Part shown: in pieces, positions 40,755 through 51,183 of the stretch
How the letters are laid out: each line of letters starts with the position of its first letter
Numbering within the stretch: position 1 is the stretch's first letter
Origin: a virus
Direction: 5' to 3' (one strand)
IMG/VR virus record: IMGVR_UViG_3300035145_002457
Location: 1-64,000 of that record
DNA: 64,000 nt
Program-made: the position numbers and the translations under genes
Notes under the pieces: model-generated
What the model saw: the letters and a program-made list of their open reading frames with translations, nothing else
Database searches by the model: none
Told to the model about the DNA's origin: nothing

Positions 40755-42097
40755 TTGAATTTAAAGATATAAAAGATGAATTAGATCAAGTAGGGTGCGG
40801 ATTTTGCCTTGCAAAATGGTCGCAGGTTACAATACATTTGGCATCAGGTATTAACCATAGTTGTCATCATGTTGCGGCTCATAAAATTCCGTTAGATGAA
40901 CTTGCAAAAAATCCTAATGCTTTGCACAATACACAGTTTAAGAAAAATCAAAGACGTATGATGTTGAAAAATCAACGTCCGCCGGAGTGTGATTATTGTT
41001 GGAGAATAGAAGACAACACAAATGAGTATAGTGACAGGGTAATTAAGAGCAGTGCAAAGTGGAGTCAGATTGACAAAGAAAAAATTATTGCAAGTGATTG
41101 GATGGATGACATATATCCAAGGTATGTAGAAATAAGTTTTTCAAATGTATGTAATTTTAAATGTGCATATTGCGGCCCGCCTTTCAGTAGTAAGTGGGCA
41201 GAAGAAATAAAGCAACATGGATTTTACAAACTTAAAAGAAAACCCTACAATAGGATAAGAGAAGAAGAAGTTCCTATTCCTGAACGTGAAGAAAATCCTT
41301 ATATTGATGCTTTTTGGAAATGGTTTCCTGAAGCTGTTAAGCATATGCTTGTGTTTAGAATAACAGGCGGTGAGCCTTTGCTTAGTAAACACACTAAAAA
41401 AGTTATTCAGTATCTTAGAGACAACCCACAACCTCAATTAGAATTTGCTATTAACACAAATGCTTGTCCACCAGATAAACTTTGGGAAGAATTTGTTGAT
41501 AGTATACGCGAATTAGAAGAAAATAATTGTGTTAAAAATTTCCAACTTTATACAAGTGCTGAAAGTTTTGGAAAACAAGCAGAGTATGTTAGGTATGGAA
41601 TGAATTTTAAACTTTTTGAAAAAAATCTAAAATATTTTATAAAAAATACACATAAAGCAAGAGTATTTTTTATGAGTGCATTTAACATATTAAGTTTACC
41701 AACACTTATTCCGTATTTGCGTTTTCTTGTGTCTATGAAAAGAATGAAAGAAAACACAGTGTTTGTAGATTGGGCGTATGTAAGGCATCCTGAATTTTTA
41801 GACATAAAGGTAGCAGATAAACAGTTGATAGAAAAATACTTAGAGCCTGCACTAGATTTTATGAAAGAACGTAAAAAGAACTCTAATAGATTTATGGATC
41901 ACGAAATATGGAAACTAAAAAGGATATATGAAGACTGTTTGACTAACCTTTCTAGAGAAAATGATTATACACTTGAGTATTGTCAATTTTGGCAATTTGT
42001 AAATGAATATGACAAAAGGCGAGGCACAAATTTCTTAGAAACATTTCCTGAATTCAAGAATTTTTATAAAAAGTGTGGAGTATATGCCAATGTATGA
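40751..42097 (+). CDS. radical SAM protein, N-terminal twitch type (class A)
   Basis: CNFKCAYC, ITGGEP; N-terminal FCLAKW...SCHH...ECDYC. Confidence 0.9.
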   Translation: MIEFKDIKDELDQVGCGFCLAKWSQVTIHLASGINHSCHHVAAHKIPLDELAKNPNALHNTQFKKNQRRMMLKNQRPPECDYCWRIEDNTNEYSDRVIKSSAKWSQIDKEKIIASDWMDDIYPRYVEISFSNVCNFKCAYCGPPFSSKWAEEIKQHGFYKLKRKPYNRIREEEVPIPEREENPYIDAFWKWFPEAVKHMLVFRITGGEPLLSKHTKKVIQYLRDNPQPQLEFAINTNACPPDKLWEEFVDSIRELEENNCVKNFQLYTSAESFGKQAEYVRYGMNFKLFEKNLKYFIKNTHKARVFFMSAFNILSLPTLIPYLRFLVSMKRMKENTVFVDWAYVRHPEFLDIKVADKQLIEKYLEPALDFMKERKKNSNRFMDHEIWKLKRIYEDCLTNLSRENDYTLEYCQFWQFVNEYDKRRGTNFLETFPEFKNFYKKCGVYANV

Positions 42098-42773
42098 TAT
42101 TGCTTTTATAAGTTATAATGAAAAAGAAGCTGATCAAAACTGGGAAAAATTATCAACAAAGTATCCTTATGCAAAACGCACACACGGAGTAAAAGGTATA
42201 CACCAAGCACATATCGCCGCGGCAAATAAAGCAGTAACACCTATGGTATGGTTTGTAGATGCAGATGCTTATATAGAAGATGATTTTGATTTTAGTTATA
42301 TCCCACCAAGGAAGGACCGTGATGCTGTACATGTTTGGCGTAGTCGTAACCCTATTAATGATTTAGTTTATGGATATGGTGGTGTTAAACTATTCCCAAG
42401 GATTGCAACTACAAAAGTGGATGTTAATAAACCTGACATGACTACAAGCATAAGTGAAAAATTTATAGCTATGCCTGAAATAAGCAATACCACTGCTTTT
42501 AATGTAGATCCATTTAGTACTTGGCGCAGTGCATTTAGGGAATGTGCAAAATTAGCAAGCAAAATAATTGATAGACAAAGGGAGGATGAAACAGATGAAA
42601 GACTCAAGACTTGGACAACCGTGGGACACGATAGAGAGTTTGGTGAATATGCGATTAGAGGTGCTCATGACGGTATGGAGTTTGGCCTTTCTAGGGGGTC
42701 TGATCTTCGGTTAATTAATGATTACAAATGGTTAAAGGAACAGTTTGATGAAAACCCAAGAATTATTAGATAG
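42084..42773 (+). CDS. GT-A fold glycosyltransferase-like protein, paralog of 39840
   Basis: WFVDADA; YGYGGVKLFP; TWRSAFRECAKL; start is 42084 or 42090. Confidence 0.6.
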   Translation: MPMYDIAFISYNEKEADQNWEKLSTKYPYAKRTHGVKGIHQAHIAAANKAVTPMVWFVDADAYIEDDFDFSYIPPRKDRDAVHVWRSRNPINDLVYGYGGVKLFPRIATTKVDVNKPDMTTSISEKFIAMPEISNTTAFNVDPFSTWRSAFRECAKLASKIIDRQREDETDERLKTWTTVGHDREFGEYAIRGAHDGMEFGLSRGSDLRLINDYKWLKEQFDENPRIIR

Positions 42774-43656
42774 ATACGAACTGTTATATCCGAAAAATAC
42801 ATATATTTCAGATTTACGCAGAGCATATATTGATAAAGATATCAGTAGTATATTTAGATTGCTTCCTGATACTGTTAACGGCACAAAAGATGATTTACGT
42901 AAAGCAGTTTTAGAAAACAATTTACACAGTATATTTAGATTATGCGAAAATGATAATTTAAGAAAATTATTGCTTGAAGATAATGTTTGGAAGCTCTGGC
43001 CGTTACTTGAAAAATATGTGGACACCCATTTTACCTCAGCATTCAAAAGATTTTTTGCAGAGAATATTAAAATTAACAATCATTGTTTTAGCAGAGGTCA
43101 ACTACAAAGTAAATTATGGTTAATCGAGGAACTCGAGAACACAGGAGTTGATCTTGGTACTGTGTTTATTTGTGCAGGATGGTATGCTACACTTGCTACT
43201 ATGATTTTTGAAAGCAATATGAACGTAGAAAAAATACGTAGCTTTGACATTGACTCAAGTTGTGCTGGAGTTGCTGAAATATTTAACAAACCTTGGGTAA
43301 AGGATGATTGGCAATTTAAAGCATGTACACAGGATATAATGGAAATTGAATGGCAAGGACATAACTATCCTGTTAAACGTAATGACGGCAGTATTTGTAT
43401 GCTATATGATTCACCAGATACAATAATTAACACTAGTTGCGAACACATAAAAGACTTTGATACATGGTTTAGAAAAATACCTGAAGGTAAACTTATATGT
43501 TTACAGAGCAATAATTACGTTGCCCTGGAAGAACATGTAAATTGTGTAAAAGATAGTTTACATTTTGAAGAAATGACACCATTTAGTAAAGTATTGTTTA
43601 CAGGAGAATTGCCGTTAGAAAAATACACGAGGTATATGAGAATTGGAATTAAGTAA
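42748..43656 (+). CDS. class I SAM-dependent methyltransferase-like protein with N-terminal repeats
   Basis: VFICAGWYATLA (motif I-like), IRSFDID, DTIINTSCEH. Confidence 0.6.
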   Translation: MKTQELLDRYELLYPKNTYISDLRRAYIDKDISSIFRLLPDTVNGTKDDLRKAVLENNLHSIFRLCENDNLRKLLLEDNVWKLWPLLEKYVDTHFTSAFKRFFAENIKINNHCFSRGQLQSKLWLIEELENTGVDLGTVFICAGWYATLATMIFESNMNVEKIRSFDIDSSCAGVAEIFNKPWVKDDWQFKACTQDIMEIEWQGHNYPVKRNDGSICMLYDSPDTIINTSCEHIKDFDTWFRKIPEGKLICLQSNNYVALEEHVNCVKDSLHFEEMTPFSKVLFTGELPLEKYTRYMRIGIK

Positions 43657-43867
43657 TCTTACAGTTAGACAATTGCAACAAGAAAGTGCTAGGGCTTTAA
43701 GTACAATGCAAGCTACTAATAATAACATTTATCAGTTTAATAAACAAGCACATCACAACAGCCATAATTGGTATGCGGCTGTTATAGATTGGTATGTAAA
43801 AGAATATGGAGATTTACCTAGCCGTGCAGGCCCTGGAAAAAATGTAAGGTTAGTTTTAGATGAATAA
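43643..43867 (+). CDS. hypothetical protein (74 aa)
   Basis: TTG-start ORF overlapping both neighbours and filling the gap. Confidence 0.6.
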   Translation: MELSNLTVRQLQQESARALSTMQATNNNIYQFNKQAHHNSHNWYAAVIDWYVKEYGDLPSRAGPGKNVRLVLDE

Positions 43868-44996
43868 AATTGTTTTAAAATTTGTTGATGACAACCAATA
43901 CAAACTAAATGTTGCAGTAAAAAATTTTAATTTATCAGCAAACACTGGTGCTAGAATAAATTCTTATTTTAGTACTTCTTTAAATAGTTTATATGACTCT
44001 GTAGATGCTATAGAAGATAATAATATTTTTGACCCTAATAATTTTTATATTTTTCCTATATTCTATTTTCACGAAGAAACAGATCCACAATACGAATATT
44101 GGGTGTCTTTCCTAAAATATTTTGCAAAAAATAACTATGAAAGATTGAAAAACAAAAACACATGTCTTTGTATTTGTGATTTGTTTGAAAGCAGTAGAAA
44201 TCTTGTTAAAGTTGCAGAAGAAATTAAATTTAAATATCCAGAAATAAAAATATGGATATTGACTGCTGATAAAAAACTATCTTCTAAAATTGTAAAAGTA
44301 ATTTATAACGATGTATGGATATCCCAATTCCACCCAAAGACATCCGTAATGCCGTACAAGCCAAAAAAATTATACATTAATCTTACTAGAGTAGCTAGGT
44401 ATCATAGGTGTGTGTTAGCTGATAGTTTAATTAGTAACAATTTACTAAAAATTGGATACAATACCTGGGGTGATGTTTATGATGCTTTTGAAATGTATAA
44501 ACAAGATCATCCTAAAACTAAAATTGCACAAGCAAAATTTGATGTTTTAGATATTGAAGATCTTAGTAAAACAAATCCTAATGATGTAGTTCCAGAATCT
44601 CACTGTAAAAAAAGTTTTTTATATCTTGCAACGGAAACACATGTAGATAGCGGATATATGTTTTTTAGTGAAAAGGTATACAAACCTATTGGTCTTGGTA
44701 TGCCGTTTATTACACTAGGCAATCCAGGTACATTAGAGGATTTAAGACAGCGTGGATTTTTTACTTTTAGTGAATGGTTTGATGAAAGTTATGATTTAGA
44801 CTTACCTTTACAAAAACGCATAGACATTATATGCAAAAACTTAATTACACTTTCAAAATATAGAGCAGATGATCTTATAAAAATACGTAAAGAAATGAAA
44901 GGTATTTTAGAATATAATCAGCAGTTATATGCACTACTACAAAAGAAAAATAGTTTAAAACAAACATTGCGTCTAGCCGCAGAAGGAATACTATGA
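43860..44996 (+). CDS. putative GT-B-like glycosyltransferase
   Basis: C-terminal FLYLATET...FFSEKVYKPIGLGMPFITLG...GFFTF, resembling the SEK motif of GT10-like donor-binding domains. Confidence 0.45.
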   Translation: MNKIVLKFVDDNQYKLNVAVKNFNLSANTGARINSYFSTSLNSLYDSVDAIEDNNIFDPNNFYIFPIFYFHEETDPQYEYWVSFLKYFAKNNYERLKNKNTCLCICDLFESSRNLVKVAEEIKFKYPEIKIWILTADKKLSSKIVKVIYNDVWISQFHPKTSVMPYKPKKLYINLTRVARYHRCVLADSLISNNLLKIGYNTWGDVYDAFEMYKQDHPKTKIAQAKFDVLDIEDLSKTNPNDVVPESHCKKSFLYLATETHVDSGYMFFSEKVYKPIGLGMPFITLGNPGTLEDLRQRGFFTFSEWFDESYDLDLPLQKRIDIICKNLITLSKYRADDLIKIRKEMKGILEYNQQLYALLQKKNSLKQTLRLAAEGIL

Positions 44997-45922
44997 AAAA
45001 AATATTTCCTGATAATCCAAACGGCATGAATATAGAGTGGGTGGTGAGTAATATTTGTAATTACTCTTGTAGTTACTGCCAAGAAGACTTATACGGCGGC
45101 ACATCAGGACAACCTGATTATAAAAAAGCATTAGAATTTTTTGATTATATACATAAAGAAGTGCAACCAGGACCCAAGTTACTAAATCTTACAGGTGGTG
45201 AACCAACAGTATGGCCTAAACTTATTCCTTTTTTAAATGAGTTAGACAAAAGTTATTTTACACAACTAACAACTAATGGATCAAGAACCGTGAACTGGTG
45301 GAAACGCTTATTAAATAACTGTGATAATATAGCAAGAGTTGCAATAAGTACTCATCTAGAATTTGCAAGTTTAGATCATATTTTTAATGTAGGAGAAGTA
45401 TTACACAAACGCACCAATCTTACTTTATTACTTTTAGCAGACAAGAAAAACTTTCATATGATTGAAGAATATGCTGAAAAATTTAAAGAGTTAGAATGTT
45501 CTATACTTGTAAAACCTATAAGAGGAATTGATGGGGTGGCACAAGAATATACAGATGAGCAAAAAGCATTTATAAGGTTATTTAAACATTACAGTTCTAA
45601 TATTCCTAATCCAAAAGGAATTCCTACCCATTTAGTTGTAGATGACCAACCAAAACCCTATTCTTATGGATTAGAATTAGTTAGCCAAAACAAACACAGT
45701 TTTCAAGGATGGAAATGTGCTTTAGGTAAAACAAGAGTAGTTATATGGCACAATGGCGATATTAGTCTCGCTCAATGTAGCACAGCAAGGGCAATGGATC
45801 TTGGGAACATATACAAAGGCAATTATTCTATTCCTGATAGTCCTGTAATATGTAAAACTAAGTATTGTACATGTTTACCTGATATACGCATACCTAAGTG
45901 GAGAGAAGATGTACAAGTATGA
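44993..45922 (+). CDS. radical SAM protein with Cys-rich C-terminal domain (class C)
   Basis: CNYSCSYC, LTGGEPT; GWKC...QC...GNIY...ICKTKYCTCLPD. Confidence 0.9.
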   Translation: MKKIFPDNPNGMNIEWVVSNICNYSCSYCQEDLYGGTSGQPDYKKALEFFDYIHKEVQPGPKLLNLTGGEPTVWPKLIPFLNELDKSYFTQLTTNGSRTVNWWKRLLNNCDNIARVAISTHLEFASLDHIFNVGEVLHKRTNLTLLLLADKKNFHMIEEYAEKFKELECSILVKPIRGIDGVAQEYTDEQKAFIRLFKHYSSNIPNPKGIPTHLVVDDQPKPYSYGLELVSQNKHSFQGWKCALGKTRVVIWHNGDISLAQCSTARAMDLGNIYKGNYSIPDSPVICKTKYCTCLPDIRIPKWREDVQV

Positions 45923-46976
45923 AGATATAAAAACAATACATCTTGAAGTTACACAAAACTGTCAAGCAAGTTGTCCTATGTGTGACCGCAACATGAATGG
46001 TGAAGGAATAAATCCTCATATTAATCTTGATGAATTGTCTTATAAAGATTGCACAAACATATTTCCTGCTTCCTTTATAAAACAATTAGACACAATGTAT
46101 ATGTGTGGTAACTTAGGCGATCCAATTGTAGCACGAGATACTTTAGAAATTTTTGAATACTTTCGTTGGGCTAATCCCAACATGTGGTTAAGCATGAATA
46201 CAAACGCAGGAGCAAGAGATGAACAATGGTGGACTAAACTGGCCCATGTCTTTGGAAGAATGGGGGCTGTTATTTTTAGTGTGGACGGTCTTAGTGATAC
46301 GAATCATTTATATAGACAAGGGGTAGTTTGGGAAAATGTTGAACGCAACATGCAAGCATTTATTAACGCAGGCGGCAGAGCTCGATGGGACTTCCTAATA
46401 TTCGAACACAACCAACACCAAGTAGAAGAAGCTGAAGCCCTTGCTAATAAATGGGGTTGTGAAAAATTTATTAAAAAGAAAACAGGCAGATTTGTAGACG
46501 CAAAAACAAATAAGAAAGAAAGTCATCAAGCCAAAGACCGTAAAGGCAAAGACTCAGCTGAACTTAAAAAACCCGACGAGAAATATCAAAACAAAGCACT
46601 TACTAAACAAGAAACAATTCTAAAAAAATATGGATCAATGGATGCTTATTATGATGCAACTCCTGTGATATGTAAAGTAAAAAAAGAAAACAGTTTGTTT
46701 ATCACAGCAGAAGGCCTGGCATTGCCTTGTTGTTGGACTGCTGGTAGAATGTACAAGTGGTGGCATAAAGATCCTAAGGTAGAACAGATATGGGATTTTA
46801 TTCCAGATAAACGTGCATTAGATGCACGTCAAGGATTACAAAAAGTTTTTGATACAGGTATATTTGAACAAATACAAGACAGTTGGAATAAACCTAGTTG
46901 TGCGGAAGGCAAGTTAAAAGTGTGTGCAACAAAGTGTGGTGCCGAGTTTGATCCTTTCACAGAACAGTTCAAATAA
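45909..46976 (+). CDS. radical SAM protein with C-terminal twitch/SPASM (class B)
   Basis: CQASCPMC, CGNLGDP, SVDGLSDTNHLYR; C...LPCC...CATKC. Confidence 0.9.
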   Translation: MYKYEDIKTIHLEVTQNCQASCPMCDRNMNGEGINPHINLDELSYKDCTNIFPASFIKQLDTMYMCGNLGDPIVARDTLEIFEYFRWANPNMWLSMNTNAGARDEQWWTKLAHVFGRMGAVIFSVDGLSDTNHLYRQGVVWENVERNMQAFINAGGRARWDFLIFEHNQHQVEEAEALANKWGCEKFIKKKTGRFVDAKTNKKESHQAKDRKGKDSAELKKPDEKYQNKALTKQETILKKYGSMDAYYDATPVICKVKKENSLFITAEGLALPCCWTAGRMYKWWHKDPKVEQIWDFIPDKRALDARQGLQKVFDTGIFEQIQDSWNKPSCAEGKLKVCATKCGAEFDPFTEQFK

Positions 46977-46984
46977 GTAAGTAT

Positions 46985-48388
46985 ATGAGTGATATTTCCC
47001 CTACATTTTGTGCCTTGCCTTGGTTACACCTTAGTTCTCGACCAGATGGTAAGATGAGAACATGCTGTACATCAAATGCAAGCAGTGTACAAGATCCAGA
47101 TTCAAATAAAAAAGTTGGCGGCGGCGAAGTTGGCGTTGTAAAAAACGATGACGGTATACCTGCTAACTTTAACCACACAAGTTTAGAAGAAGCATGGAAC
47201 AGTGCTTATATGCGTAATGTTCGAAAAATGATGTTGCGTGGTGAAAAGCCTGCTAGTTGTTTAAAGTGTTACAAAGAAGAAGATGCAGGACATCTTAGTA
47301 AACGCAACTGGGAAACAGAATACTGGGGCAACAGATACGATTTACAGCAACTAATAGACGAAACTAAAGAAGATGGCAGTATTCCTCCTAAGATACGCTA
47401 TATAGACCTTAGAATGGGTACAAAGTGCCAATTAGCGTGTGTTATGTGCAGTCCGCACGATAGTTCAGGATGGATAAAAGATTGGCAAGCAATTAATCCT
47501 AAAATTACTAACGAAAAATTAGCAAACACAAGCCAATGGACAAACAAAGGACGCAATCACGGAGCAAGTTATAACTGGCACAAAAACAACCCACGCTTCT
47601 GGAAAGATCTTATGGATCAGATTCCGCATATGTATCAACTATATTTTGCAGGTGGCGAAAGTCTTATAATTGATGAACACTATGAACTATTAGAAGAATG
47701 TATCAAACGCGGACATGCTAACGGCATAGAACTACGTTATAATTCAAATGCAGTTGAATGGCGCAAAGATTTACCAGAACTATGGAGCCATTTTAAGCGT
47801 GTGCGTTTCCATTACAGTATTGATGCATATGGTGAACAAAACGATTACATACGCTATCCTAGTAACTGGGAACATCAAGAGCGTGTGTTCCATATGCTAG
47901 ATAACACAGCACCGCAAGTAGAAGTCACAACAGCAACAACTATTATGGCATTGAATGTTGCATATATTCCAGAGTTTGTGCAATGGAAAGTACAGCAAGG
48001 ATTTAAAAAACTTAACAAATGGCCATTAGGTGCAGGTGGTATTAACATGCACTTTGCATATTGGCCTCCACAGTTAAATGTAAAAGTTTTACCTAAAGAT
48101 ATTAAACAACAGATTACAGACAAATATGAAAATGAATTTTATCCTTGGCTAGAAGAAAACTGGCAACTGTTCACTGGTGTGCAAGAAGCAGGAATCACTA
48201 AAGAACAATGGCTTAATGCACCTTACGGTATGAAGCGATATAAAGGTATTATTAACTTTATGAATTCTGAAGATTGGAGTGCAAGGCTTCCTGAAACAAA
48301 AGAATACCTTAACCTTGTAAATGAACGTAGAGGATGGACAGAAAAATTTCCGCAAGTGTTTCCTATACTAAAGGATATTATAAAATGA
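46985..48388 (+). CDS. radical SAM protein, N-terminal twitch type (class A)
   Basis: FCALPW...RTCC...CLKC; CQLACVMC; FAGGES. Confidence 0.9.
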   Translation: MSDISPTFCALPWLHLSSRPDGKMRTCCTSNASSVQDPDSNKKVGGGEVGVVKNDDGIPANFNHTSLEEAWNSAYMRNVRKMMLRGEKPASCLKCYKEEDAGHLSKRNWETEYWGNRYDLQQLIDETKEDGSIPPKIRYIDLRMGTKCQLACVMCSPHDSSGWIKDWQAINPKITNEKLANTSQWTNKGRNHGASYNWHKNNPRFWKDLMDQIPHMYQLYFAGGESLIIDEHYELLEECIKRGHANGIELRYNSNAVEWRKDLPELWSHFKRVRFHYSIDAYGEQNDYIRYPSNWEHQERVFHMLDNTAPQVEVTTATTIMALNVAYIPEFVQWKVQQGFKKLNKWPLGAGGINMHFAYWPPQLNVKVLPKDIKQQITDKYENEFYPWLEENWQLFTGVQEAGITKEQWLNAPYGMKRYKGIINFMNSEDWSARLPETKEYLNLVNERRGWTEKFPQVFPILKDIIK

Positions 48389-48978
48389 AGTTAGCAGTAT
48401 TTGGATGTAGTCATTCGGGATGCGGTCCCAGAGATTGGAATGAAACTTGGCCATATCATTTATACAAAACCACAAAATTAGAAATACACAATTTTGCAGT
48501 TGGAGGAACTAGTACGCAGTTCCAATACGGGTTTTTTAAAAAACATATTGATAAATTTGATAAATTTATTTTTCAATATACTAGCCCGTACAGATTTACT
48601 GAATATAGAACAATAACTGAACAAAACGGTGATTTACCTACGGATATGGATAAATTTAGAAAATATACGTACTTCGCTCAAGGTACAGGTAATTATTTAA
48701 TATGTAACACATCTGCAAATTTTAACAAAAGATACAAAAGTTGGATAAAAAAAGACAAGGGCGAAATTGAAAAAGAATACAAAAACATTTGCAAAGAAGT
48801 AGATGATCATGAAAAATGTTTATTTTCTTTTCATTTTGTTAGAAATCCAACTAATGTAAAAGGTATAGAAATTATGCAAAACAATTTCCCTGAGATTATA
48901 CCGAATCCAAATATACATCTTAGTAGCGAAGAAAATAAGATTATTGCAAACTATATAAAGGAAAAATGTAACCTATGA
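48385..48978 (+). CDS. SGNH/GDSL hydrolase-like protein
   Basis: ATG at 48385 (ATGA overlap); LAVFGCSHS block I, NFAVGGTS block II, C-terminal NIHLS...N. Confidence 0.5.
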   Translation: MKLAVFGCSHSGCGPRDWNETWPYHLYKTTKLEIHNFAVGGTSTQFQYGFFKKHIDKFDKFIFQYTSPYRFTEYRTITEQNGDLPTDMDKFRKYTYFAQGTGNYLICNTSANFNKRYKSWIKKDKGEIEKEYKNICKEVDDHEKCLFSFHFVRNPTNVKGIEIMQNNFPEIIPNPNIHLSSEENKIIANYIKEKCNL

Positions 48979-50303
48979 ATATAGATGATAAAAATTTTTG
49001 TGTTGTTCCTTTTGTACAGTTGAATACTAGAGGTAAAGGTGATGCTAGGGTATGTTGTAGTATTACAGGTATTGAAAGAGGTATACCTAAAGATTTAGTT
49101 TTAGATGATCTTAATAACGAAAACTATACTGCACAAACGCCTGTATACAATTTACAAAATGATGCTATTGCAGATTTATGGAATAGCAAGTTCATGAAAG
49201 ACTTTCGTATGAAAATGCTTCGTGGAGAACATATTCCTGCTTGCGAATTTTGTCATCGCATGGAAGCAAGTGGACTAACATCTAAGCGAATAGGAAAAAA
49301 TAAAAGATTTAAACAAAAAACTTTACCATTACTCCAAAAGTATTATGAACGTAACGGATATGTTGATATCATGCCACAGTGGTGGGAAATACGTTTGTCA
49401 ACAAAATGCAATCTAAGTTGTATAATGTGTACTCCTGGACTTAGTTCAATGATGTATAAAGAATATTCAAAATGGGAAAAGCAAGGCAAGATTATTCCTA
49501 TGATGCAGGGTGCTTTAGATATTGCTAAAGAAAGCGGAGAGGAATATCTCAGCAGTAGCAAATATTTCAAAGAGCAAATTATGGATAATTTAGAACATTG
49601 TTTGTTTATGGAATTCAGAGGAGGCGAAGTATTTGCTGACAAACCTAGTGTAAAATTTATAGACAGCATTGGTGATACAGCACATGCAAAAAATATCGAA
49701 CTAGATATTAGTACAAATGCTACATTAATTACACCAGAAGTAGTTGATGTGCTCAATAAGTTTAAGGGCGGCACACTACGGTTTAGTATAGATAGTTTCG
49801 ATGAAGAAGATGAATATATTAGATACCATACGGAATGGCAAAGTGTTATAGATAGTATGAAGCATAGTAGGAAATTACACAAAGGTTGGAGATTTTTGAC
49901 ACAAACAACTGTGCAGTATTTAAATTGTCTTAGCATGGATAAGCTAGTCAACTTCTTTAACGATTTTATTCAAGAAGATGATTCACAAAGATTTTATTTG
50001 GGATTTACAACTGTAAGAGGTAAAGATTTTTTAAGACACGAAATGGTCCCTTTACAAACTAGGAAACAACAAATAGAAAAACTACTAAAATTAAAAAGTT
50101 CGCACTACATTTTTAACGAACACAAAAACAAAGACATATATTGCAAATCACTTGATATGTTAATATCAACATTAAATATGCCTGAATACAATGATAAAAA
50201 TTTAGACGACAGAGCAAGACAATATTTTGACAAATTGACTGAGCTAAGAAATTTAGATTATTACAAACAATTTCCTCAACTACAAAGGTTAACAAATGTA
50301 TAA
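48975..50303 (+). CDS. radical SAM protein, N-terminal twitch type (class A)
   Basis: FCVVPF...RVCC...CEFC; CNLSCIMC; FRGGEV. Confidence 0.9.
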   Translation: MNIDDKNFCVVPFVQLNTRGKGDARVCCSITGIERGIPKDLVLDDLNNENYTAQTPVYNLQNDAIADLWNSKFMKDFRMKMLRGEHIPACEFCHRMEASGLTSKRIGKNKRFKQKTLPLLQKYYERNGYVDIMPQWWEIRLSTKCNLSCIMCTPGLSSMMYKEYSKWEKQGKIIPMMQGALDIAKESGEEYLSSSKYFKEQIMDNLEHCLFMEFRGGEVFADKPSVKFIDSIGDTAHAKNIELDISTNATLITPEVVDVLNKFKGGTLRFSIDSFDEEDEYIRYHTEWQSVIDSMKHSRKLHKGWRFLTQTTVQYLNCLSMDKLVNFFNDFIQEDDSQRFYLGFTTVRGKDFLRHEMVPLQTRKQQIEKLLKLKSSHYIFNEHKNKDIYCKSLDMLISTLNMPEYNDKNLDDRARQYFDKLTELRNLDYYKQFPQLQRLTNV

Positions 50304-51183
50304 TACACCTTATCCTAGATGCGTTTATCTTAGAGAAATGTATGTTGCAGTTGATGGGCAATGTATGCCTTGTTGTGATTTATCATTAGGAATTGGAGGA
50401 AATGCTTGGACACAATTTTACAAAAAAGAGTGGCATTTAGATTATTTTGATATAAATGATATAATAAAAGATATGCATGTTTTTACAGGTCATATAAACA
50501 ACAGTAAACTTAGCCCTATTGAAAAATGTTCTAAAACCTGTACAAAAAAAGATTTAAACAGACGGAAATATTTCCATTTAGAACTTAGCACACGATGCAC
50601 ATTACAGTGTCCTAAATGTCCAAGAACACGTTGGCAAGAAAATAGTCCTGATAATTTATTTAAAAAGACAGATATGAAATATGAGCATGTTAAACAGTTA
50701 GTCAAGGCGAATATGCATAATGAATTTTTATTGCAAGGAACTTTAGGGGATCCTGTTTTTCATCCAAGACTATTTGAAATAATTAATTTGATTGACAAAA
50801 AGAAAAAATCATTTATAATGAGTACTGCATCTCCTTCAAGGAACATTAAATGGTGGGAAGAATTTTATGACTCATATAGTAATGATAATAGTATTGTTAG
50901 ATTTGGTGTTGATGGTTTAGCAGACACCGCTCATATGTATAGGATAGGAATGGATTTTGATAAAGTTTGGGAAGCAATGTTGTTAGGATCAAAATTAGGA
51001 AAAAACATTCAATGGCAATTTATTCCATTTAGATTTAATGAACACCAGATTGAAGAAGCACAAAAAATGGCTAAAGATAACGGAATAACATTTAAGATGT
51101 TTAAAAGTAATCGTTGGGACGGAAAGAAAGATCCATTAAGACCTAAAAATAAAAATTTATTTCATGTATCGAGGAGTTATTAA
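50296..51183 (+). CDS. radical SAM protein, class B core with auxiliary Cys domain at the N-terminus
   Basis: N-terminal RC...DGQCMPCC...CSKTC, then HLELSTRCTLQCPKCPR, GTLGDP, GVDGLADT, FNEHQIEEA. Confidence 0.88.
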   Translation: MYNTPYPRCVYLREMYVAVDGQCMPCCDLSLGIGGNAWTQFYKKEWHLDYFDINDIIKDMHVFTGHINNSKLSPIEKCSKTCTKKDLNRRKYFHLELSTRCTLQCPKCPRTRWQENSPDNLFKKTDMKYEHVKQLVKANMHNEFLLQGTLGDPVFHPRLFEIINLIDKKKKSFIMSTASPSRNIKWWEEFYDSYSNDNSIVRFGVDGLADTAHMYRIGMDFDKVWEAMLLGSKLGKNIQWQFIPFRFNEHQIEEAQKMAKDNGITFKMFKSNRWDGKKDPLRPKNKNLFHVSRSY

